A stretch of 64,000 nt of DNA, from NCBI RefSeq assembly GCF_036321535.1, contig NC_087437.1, forward strand, positions 25,918,001 to 25,982,000. The letters are read 5' to 3'. The position numbers were made by a program, and so were the translations under genes. This document shows positions 55,983 through 64,000 of this stretch, in pieces; the first letter of the stretch is position 1; each line of letters begins with the position of its first letter. The notes under the pieces were generated by a model. The model ran no database searches. It was not told the DNA's origin and saw nothing but the letters and a program-made list of their open reading frames with translations. Source of the stretch: Camelus dromedarius (lineage: Eukaryota).

Positions 55983-57584
55983 TCAAGAGCAGAGATGATG
56001 ACTAGCAGACATTGGTGTCCGGGTTATTGACAGTTACCCCTACAGATATAAAATTAACTTGGGGTGGGACGTACCTGGCACACATCCTCCCTCCTGCACC
56101 CCCATCAGACATTGTTAATCAATCACAGCACTCTCATTTGGACCTGAATTCAGCCTCAGAATTTTTGTCAGCACAATATTAGCACATGAACACAACAATG
56201 AAGATAAAACCTATTTGCTCCTTTTGTTATAAACTGTACACCTTGAAATGTTCATGTGTGTATTAGTAAATACAAATGATTGCACACATATATATATGTA
56301 CAAAATGTACACACATATAGCAAATAGAAAAGAAAAGACTGAAGGTTATTTAGTTATCAATTATGTATCGTGTCAGTGGTGGTAACGTGGATGATTTCAA
56401 TGTTTTCTTTTTTGTTTATCAGAACTTTTCAAATTTTCTACAGTGACTGTGAATTGCTTTTGTAATAAGAACACAAAGAAATTTTTTTTTTTTAGATTGG
56501 AAGACAAAATTTGAAGACATATGGAGGAAAGAAGAAACACATGAAGACATTAGGGACCAGTTACCAGAGCCACAAAGACCTAAAAGTTCAAAAGCAGGAT
56601 GGCCTGAGATTCTTTGAAGAAACTAAGGGTCACCGTTCAAACTAGGAGGTCTTAGAGTTAAGGTGGAAATTGGTTCTGGGAAGCACAGTGAATGAACCAA
56701 ATGCAACAAAGATACCAAACCAGGTCTAGCCAGACTAGAAGTTTGAGTATCTAGCACCTGTTTTGGTTAGCACATAACAGATGCTGGATTAAAGCATGGG
56801 AAGAGGAACTTCAAGCTGAAAAAAGCAAAAGTTGGAAACAAAAATCTGTACTTTGTTAACTGTTTTTTTTTTTTTTTTGATAGTACAGTTATTTTCGTGT
56901 TCTCAGTTTCTGAGTAAGGGTTATTTTGAAAAAGCTAAACACAAATAAACAAAAAATCTATACTTATTTGTCTAGCTGGTGTTAAAGGATTTGATTTTTT
57001 ATGCAAATTCTGAGTGATACACTGTCTTTATTGACACATTTGGTGACTAATTATCTTGTGTCTGAGAATTAAGAAGCAGTGCCTAGGTAGTAAAGAAAGA
57101 ATTTCTAGAAGAAATAAAGTGAACTAAAATAAAGAAAAAAATTAGGCGAAGTTTGGGGGGAGGGTAGTGAGGGACAATATATATGTAAAAGAAATACCTT
57201 TTAGACCTAGTGGTCTGAACTAGTTTCGTCAATATAGTTCAATGTTTTACAATATAATTTAATAATTTTAGACTATCTTGAATAGTTCTTAGAATGACTT
57301 GGGAGGATAAAAAATATATAAATATAACACACATATGCATTTAACCATAACTGATGATTTTTTATCTTTATCAGTTTGGGGAAAAAAATAGGACCTATCT
57401 GGCTTTCCCTGGCTTGAAGCTTAGATTGACCCATTAAGTCAAATATCATGTTACACATCCAATAGGCTTTTTTACCATGGTCATAGATTAGAAACACACT
57501 ACTGATCACGTGAGGGAATAAGTTTAGCAGAATTAATGGATTGGGGAAAATAAGATAAAGTTAACAAGTCTTGTGTAATCTTAC

Positions 57585-57758
57585 AATACATTCTGTTACT
57601 CTCCTGGAAGTCTTCATTGTCTTTGTCAACTTTTTCTGGTTCAGAGCAGTAGGTTTTAATGTTGTCTTCTAGGTACCAGCTGAAATTTTCATCCGCCACA
57701 GAAAACATCACCACAAACTCTTGATCAATATTTTTTTCTTTTTCTTGATCCAGAGAAT
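57585..57758 (-). CDS. CP: Ceruloplasmin exon 4
   Basis: 174 nt; [58 protein letters not shown]. Confidence 0.95.
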
Positions 57759-58487
57759 CTGACATGAAAATTACTATTTCAGTAAGACTTAATTTTTAGA
57801 ATTTTAGCATGTGATTTGTAGTTTTTAAAAATTTTAGTATTTATTTTCCTAATAAACCACAAGTCTAGACCAGTCACTCCTGTTTTATAGACTTCGACAC
57901 CCTGAGGGAATTTTACATGCAGTAACCTGAGTTTGTGAGATCCTCATATATCTGGATGTACACAGACCACGTAACTATTCAATACTTTTTGGCAAATGAG
58001 AGGGTTGGAATTCAAAGTTGTGTGTACATCTTTGACTGTATATAGTCACAAACTGAGACAGCAAGACTTTGTAGGTAACTAAGCTATGCAGTTTTTTTCA
58101 TGATGTCAGAGATGGATCCTATGATAATACATTTACCATCACAAAGCAGATAACTACAGATCTATCACCATGGCATGTCATTAAGGGAGTCATGTTTGGT
58201 AAAATCATACATCTCTTCAGTACCACTGTTGGAAGTGAGATACAGCAAACCTACCCCCAGGGAGAGCGTATTTATTGCAGCTGGGCAATGTGCGTGCATA
58301 CTTGCTCCACGTATCCCTTCTCCCCCTTCTCCTTCCCTGCTTTCCCCTTTCCTTTTTCTAGACTCACCACCTCTCTACTTTACATACTCCGTCATAACAT
58401 GGAAGACTAAACATTTATTTAAAAAAACAAGACCTCCCTGTCTACTGCCTTTGGTCATTTATTGTGAGTGGTAACGAGAACATGTAC

Positions 58488-58700
58488 CTTTTTTACAGTG
58501 TATTAAAGGTCCAATGAGTCCTGAGGCGATATCTCTTGGAGCATCAATGTGGGAATGATAAATCCTGGTCACACAATTGCTGTCTTCCTCTCCGGGACCT
58601 TGTTCTGGGTCGGCATGCAGTATGTACGTATGCTGCTCACCTGGCTGCACTTTGTTGCCTGCTTTTTGAAAATCTGTGGTGTTATCAGGGTAGACGGCCC
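58488..58700 (-). CDS. CP: Ceruloplasmin exon 3
   Basis: 213 nt; [26 protein letters not shown]...[33 protein letters not shown] flanks. Confidence 0.95.
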
Positions 58701-60432
58701 CTGGGAAACAACATGCAATAAAATTACAAACTGAGTACGTTTGAATTGAAGTGAGAAAATAGATGGTCCATTAATTTGTTCAGCAAACATTTATTCAACA
58801 TCTAGTATGTGCCCCCTTGGGGATGCAGTGATATCCTATTTGAACACAGAAGAATAAGAGGCAAATGGCTACAGGGTCTGGACATTTCACAGAAAATGAC
58901 ACTTTTTATACCTGGCTGAGTCTTCAAGGAGTGTAATAGATATGTCAGGACCATAGTGACTTTGGGTTTGCAATTTAGAGAACCACTTTTGCCCTGGGGT
59001 TATGGTATGGAAGTAAGAGCAAAACGTTTACCTTCTACAATCTGAAGCTTCCTGTATGGTATTAGGTTTTTTGCCTGTGCTTTAACCATGGAATTGTTTT
59101 ATTTTTACTTTAATTTTGTAAATTTCCAAACATATGTGAAAGTTGAGAAAATAATATGATGAACCTCCTTGTGCCCATCAACTTAGCCTTAACAATGACT
59201 GATTCAAGGCCAATCTTATTTCATCTATACTCTCATCCACTCTTATCCCATCATCACTGAATTATTCTAAAGCAAATCTCAGACATCATATCATTTCATT
59301 CATAAATACTTGAGTATGTATCTCTAAAAGTCAAGAATTCTTTTTTCTAACATAGCCACAATACAATTATCATACCTTAAAAATGATTAATACCCTAATA
59401 TGCCATGAAGTTATAAAAAATAAATAAGATGGCAATCAGCTTCTATGCTATGAATGTAATTGTTTGGTCTAGGAAAACAAAGAAAAAATATAGATGGTCA
59501 AAACATTCACCTTGTAAAGCAATACTTCTTTTAAAAAGATAATAATTAATCAAAACGAATTTGATCTTAATTTCCAACTCGATCCTTATCATTTCAATGA
59601 CTGTAGCATGGCCTCAGCATTTCTGCTTATATAATAGCTGACATTTATTGAGCTATTATTATGTTATTATATATTATATTATCACTGTCCCTATTTTATA
59701 CATGGGAAAACTGAAGCACAGGGAATGTGACTTGTCCAAGATTATTCAGCCAGTAAAAGGCAAGGCTGCACTCGAACATCGGTCTATTAATTTTGAAACC
59801 CTCGCTCTTAACCATAACAAAACACCATCTCTTTTCATCATCAAGGACTAAGAATGAGATCATAAGCACCAAACCTAATCTTTGCTCTTCCTGTACTGTC
59901 TGTAAGGCCCCCCAGTCCTACATTCATGTGACCTTTTGGTTACTGTGTCTCAGATGTGACTCTGGGATCATCCAGCCACATGCACCATTTGGAGGACGTA
60001 GGAGACCACTCGTGCTGCCTTAGCCGGGACAGAGTTTACCCAAAGTAGGACGGGAGGTGACAACGGCTACAGTGTGTTCACAGGTAGAAACTTCAGAGAT
60101 AAGACAATCCTCAGCTTGAGTCCTGTTTCTTCCCTCTGGACTTTTGCCTTTTCTAGGCTTTGATGCACACTACTTATTTCTCTTATTTTGACTCTTGGTC
60201 TGGAAAGGAGTTGGGCATTGGGAAGGAAGGCCCAGCTCTCACTGACTCTCACTATATGAGTCCACCCGGAAACCCTATCACATTTCACACCTACAAGCAC
60301 AACCAAGAGAAACATGGCATTATTAGGAAGAACCAAGATGCTTATTCATAAAATAGTTTAGAGCTGAACAACATAGCTATAGGTCTTATCCAGGATGGGA
60401 GTCCATAATTTCAGAAGTTAAAAAGTGCTCCC

Positions 60433-61144
60433 CCCAAAGTATGGAGATTTCTTTAAAAAAAACACTAAAAATAGAATTACTATCTGATTCAGCAATCCCA
60501 CTCCTGGGTATATATCTGGAGAAAACTCTAATTTGAAAAGATACATGCACCATAATGTTCATAGCAGCACTATTTACAACAGCCAAGACATGGAAGCAAC
60601 CTAAATGTCCATCAACAGATGATTTGGTAAAGAAGTTGCAGTGTGTGTGTGTGTTTGTGTGTATAAATACTACTCAGCCATAAAAAAAAAAAAGAATGAA
60701 ATAATACCATTTGCCGCAACATGGATGGACCTGGAGATCAGAGATCATCATACTAAGTGAGATAAGTCAGATAGAGAAAGACAAATATTACATGATATCA
60801 CTTATATGTGGCACCTAAAAAAAATGATACAAATGAACTTATTTATAAAACAGAAACAGACTCACAGATTTAGAAAACAGAATTGTGGTTACCAAAGAGA
60901 AAAAAAGGTAAGGGTTAAATTAGGAGTTTGGGATTAGCAGATATAAACTACTATATATAAAATAAACAACAAGATCTTACTGTATAGCACAGGGAGCTAT
61001 ATTCAATATCTTGTAATAACCTATAATGAAAAAGAATATGAAAAGGAATATGTGTGTGTGTGTGTGTGTGTGTATAACTGAGTCACTCTGCTGTACACCA
61101 GAAAGTAACACAATATTGTGAATCAACTCTACTTTAATAAAAAA
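60433..61144 (+). mobile_element. 5'-truncated L1 3' end with a perfect 14-bp TSD; contains (TG)11 at 61031-61052
   Basis: TSD taaaaagtgctccc at 60419-60432 and 61145-61158; homologous to 47180-47877. Confidence 0.9.
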
Positions 61145-61205
61145 TAAAAAGTGCTCCCACTGAAAAGGAAGAGGAAATTCCAGCTAGCATATGAGCTGAA
61201 CTTAC

Positions 61206-61453
61206 CCTCATGTTCCTTATAGTAAGTCATTCCATGTGCATGAAATGTATAGGGCCTAGAGGCGAAGTTTTTAAAATGTACATAAACTTTATCTCCAGTT
61301 TCAGCTTTGATAATAGGACCTAAAAACCCCAGCCAGATAGGTTTTTCTATAATCGTTTTAAAGGTTTCATCTGTGTACTGAAGATAAAGGGCCTTCTTGT
61401 AGACTCTTCCAATTCTGTTGGGGCCATTTTGAAGATAGATGTCGGAATGTTCC
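61206..61453 (-). CDS. CP: Ceruloplasmin exon 2
   Basis: gcag|GGAACA...GAGG|gtaag; 248 nt; [23 protein letters not shown]...[38 protein letters not shown] (HxH trinuclear Cu ligands). Confidence 0.95.
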
Positions 61454-61886
61454 CTGCAAAGGAAGAGAAGATAACTCTATGAGAAGCCATCATTTCTGGG
61501 GAAAACATTATAATTAAAGAGAAATAAATGACCACATCACATTAAACGTTTGCCTGTAGTTGTAGGGAAGCCTCCAAAAAACGGAGAGGAGAGCTGTCAC
61601 TTAGCCCTGTTATTTCAATTATGTGAGGTGTCCCATAACAGCCACATGGCAGACAACCATGTGTAAATGCACCATAAAAAAATAATGCATCTTACCAGAG
61701 TATTTCCTACGAGATTTTCATATTAAAACACAGAGGCATTATGGAATGGAATATAAAATATTAAAGTGAAATATTAAAGCAGTTAAGATATTTCTCACAT
61801 ATGGTGTACATATTTCAGCCACTGGAAAAATTTGAGTTTCTAAGCAATCAATCTGGATATGTGAGGTGTCAAAGTGTATATATAGA

Positions 61887-61990
61887 GGGGAGAGAAATAG
61901 CTCAGTGGTAGAGTGCATGCCTAGTATGCTTAAGGTCTTGGGTTCAATTCCCAGTACCTCCATTAAAAAAAGAAAAGAAAAGAAAATATT
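61887..61990 (+). mobile_element. tRNA-derived SINE (Vic-1-like)
   Basis: ggggagagaaatagctcagtggtagagtgcatgcctagtatgc...gggttcaattcccagtacctccattaaaaaa. Confidence 0.8.
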
Positions 61991-64000
61991 TTTAAAAAGT
62001 GTTTACATTTCAAAAAAAAAGTGTGTTTATATATTTCTTTCCTAAAGTAAAACTAATAATACTGAAGTAATTCTATAATTTTTATTTCTTTTAGCAAACC
62101 TAAATCAAAGTTAGAATTGATGCATGCAATGTGTGTGGGTTTTTAAATTACTTTTGCATTCGAATTACCCCGGTATTTTTTTAATCCCTTGCTACCAAAA
62201 ATACTTAAACATTGAATGTTTATACTCTGGTTAGTGGCTGATTAATAGTTGCTTAAAACGTTCCTAAAAATATCTGCAAAGTAAATAGTAGCCAGGAAAA
62301 AAAAAAAAAGAAAGTGAGTTTGGCATTGAAACTTTTGAACTGGCTCAAGTTACTGTCCTTAACAGAAGCCTGTATAGCTTCTGGGGAGCTACTTGTGAGC
62401 AATGCCATCTAGCCGTTCAGGAGAACCCATTTAAAACTCGGACTTGGGCAAGCCCCTCCACAACCGAGGTCTCCTCCACTAGAATAAAAACTGCTAACAC
62501 CCTGGCTGATGATCTGGTTTTGTGTGTGTTTGTATATGTGTGTGTGTGTGTGTGTGTATCTCAGAGACCTTTGGTGCCTTTCCATTTTCCACTCAAACCA
62601 TGTGGGGCTGGATGACCTGACTGAGAAATAAACTTTGTCTTGTTTTCTCAGCGGTAAGCTCATTGGAAAGAATGAGGGATGTTTTTCCTTTCTCTCTTCA
62701 AGATGAGAGCAGGGCTTGTCTGGGAGCTCTGGGTTTTCACTGTTGCAGAGTTTAATGGCCTAGTTTTTTAAAATCTAGGGCTTTAGCCTAATGTTTCTTA
62801 AGTTTTAATGTGCATAGGAATCTACTGAGGACCTTGATAAAATGCAAGTTCTTGGGCCCCAGCCCAACTGATACTGTGTGTGTGCGGCTGGCGTGGGGTT
62901 CAGGCATCTGCATGTACTGACAGGTACCCCTGCGTGTTCTGATGCTGCTCTGGGCTCCTGGGCAACTTGAGGTGGGGAGGCTCCAGGGTGAAGGGGAAGA
63001 AAGCTGCCCAATCCCAGAGGTAGTGGGATTCCCGGAGGCCGTGAGACAGAAAGGAGGCAGGTTCTGTTTCCAGGTCATTCCCTGGTAGTAACCAGCTCCC
63101 TGCGGGCATGGCTGCTTGAGGGCATCAGATTAAGCCTGAGTGCTGGGAGCACTTGGCAGTGGTCCTGGGGGCTGAGTTTAGGCAGTGGGAATGGGTGTTG
63201 GAAACAGCAGAGCCACGAGGCTCTGCATTGACCAGGGGGCTTCGACAATGAGTATCTCGTAGTTGTCACCCTGGGGACCCCAACTTTCCTGGATTGTTTA
63301 AACCCCAGGATTCTCAGATTGTTCACTGAAAAATGAATGAGGTGGGGTTCCTTTCTCCTATCACGGTGGGAGAAGAGCCAGGCTGGAGTTTAGAAAAATA
63401 AAGAAGTGACATCTTTTGTACCCACTATGGCGAATCCCACGCTTATGCCTTTATTTCTCGTATTCATTTTCATTTTCTAATTTCTTGTTGCAGTTTCCAC
63501 TTTATCAAATGAAACAGAAAAAAAATTTAGAAGGGCTCTGAAGAGACTTCAAGGACATGAAAATGCATGGAAAAACGGCAGGATGGGGTATGAATTCTTC
63601 CCCTCAAACTGCAGCATTTGTATGGACAGGAGTTGTCTTAATAAATAGATGTTTTAACAACAGCAAAATTCCAAGGCACTGAAGATCACTGAGACGAAAG
63701 GCAGATTCATCCAGTCCACACAGCTGAGAGGAGGTCAGGAAGAGGACAGTGTCAGTCAGGCACACAGGTCCAGATGCAAAGATGGAATTCCTCTCTGGTC
63801 GCACCAGAACCTGGACCACTCAGTATCACACAGGCCCATCTAAACCTCAGGTAAATTCTCTCCAGTGTCTGTCTCCTACTGTTAGGAGAGCAGCTCCGAT
63901 AATATTTAAGTAGAGATTCTCATCTGTGTTCTGCCATGCCCTGTTGATACACATTAAATAAGGCCAATGTTTAAAAATAGCCCTCAAATTCCGAAGGCTT

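Overview
Mammalian genomic DNA, probably camelid judging from six Vic-1-like tRNA-derived SINEs. It holds two convergent genes. HPS3 (BLOC-2 subunit) is on the + strand with exons 5-17 (2175-25853). Ceruloplasmin (CP) is on the - strand with exons 2-19 (61453 down to 27411); exon 1 is outside the window. All exons were placed by hand from GT-AG boundaries and frame continuity, and both reading frames are intact. The genes are interleaved. An alternative CP exon encoding a GPI-anchor signal lies antisense in HPS3 intron 14 (20328-20432) and has an apparent TGA>TGG stop-loss giving a 4-aa extension. A probable non-coding CP terminal exon overlaps HPS3 exon 13, and its acceptor shares bases with the HPS3 donor. 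The secreted-CP 3'UTR holds a GAIT-element homologue. CP keeps all copper ligands but differs from human CP (as recalled) in the Ca-site DD>GN, AEVGD>AEVED, N-glycan sequons, the R481 loop and the GEYP donor. The rest is ordinary intronic repeat (L1, L2, MIR, MLT1, MER, microsatellites). No prokaryote-type system is present. Exon numbers and human/rat comparisons are from memory, not from a search.
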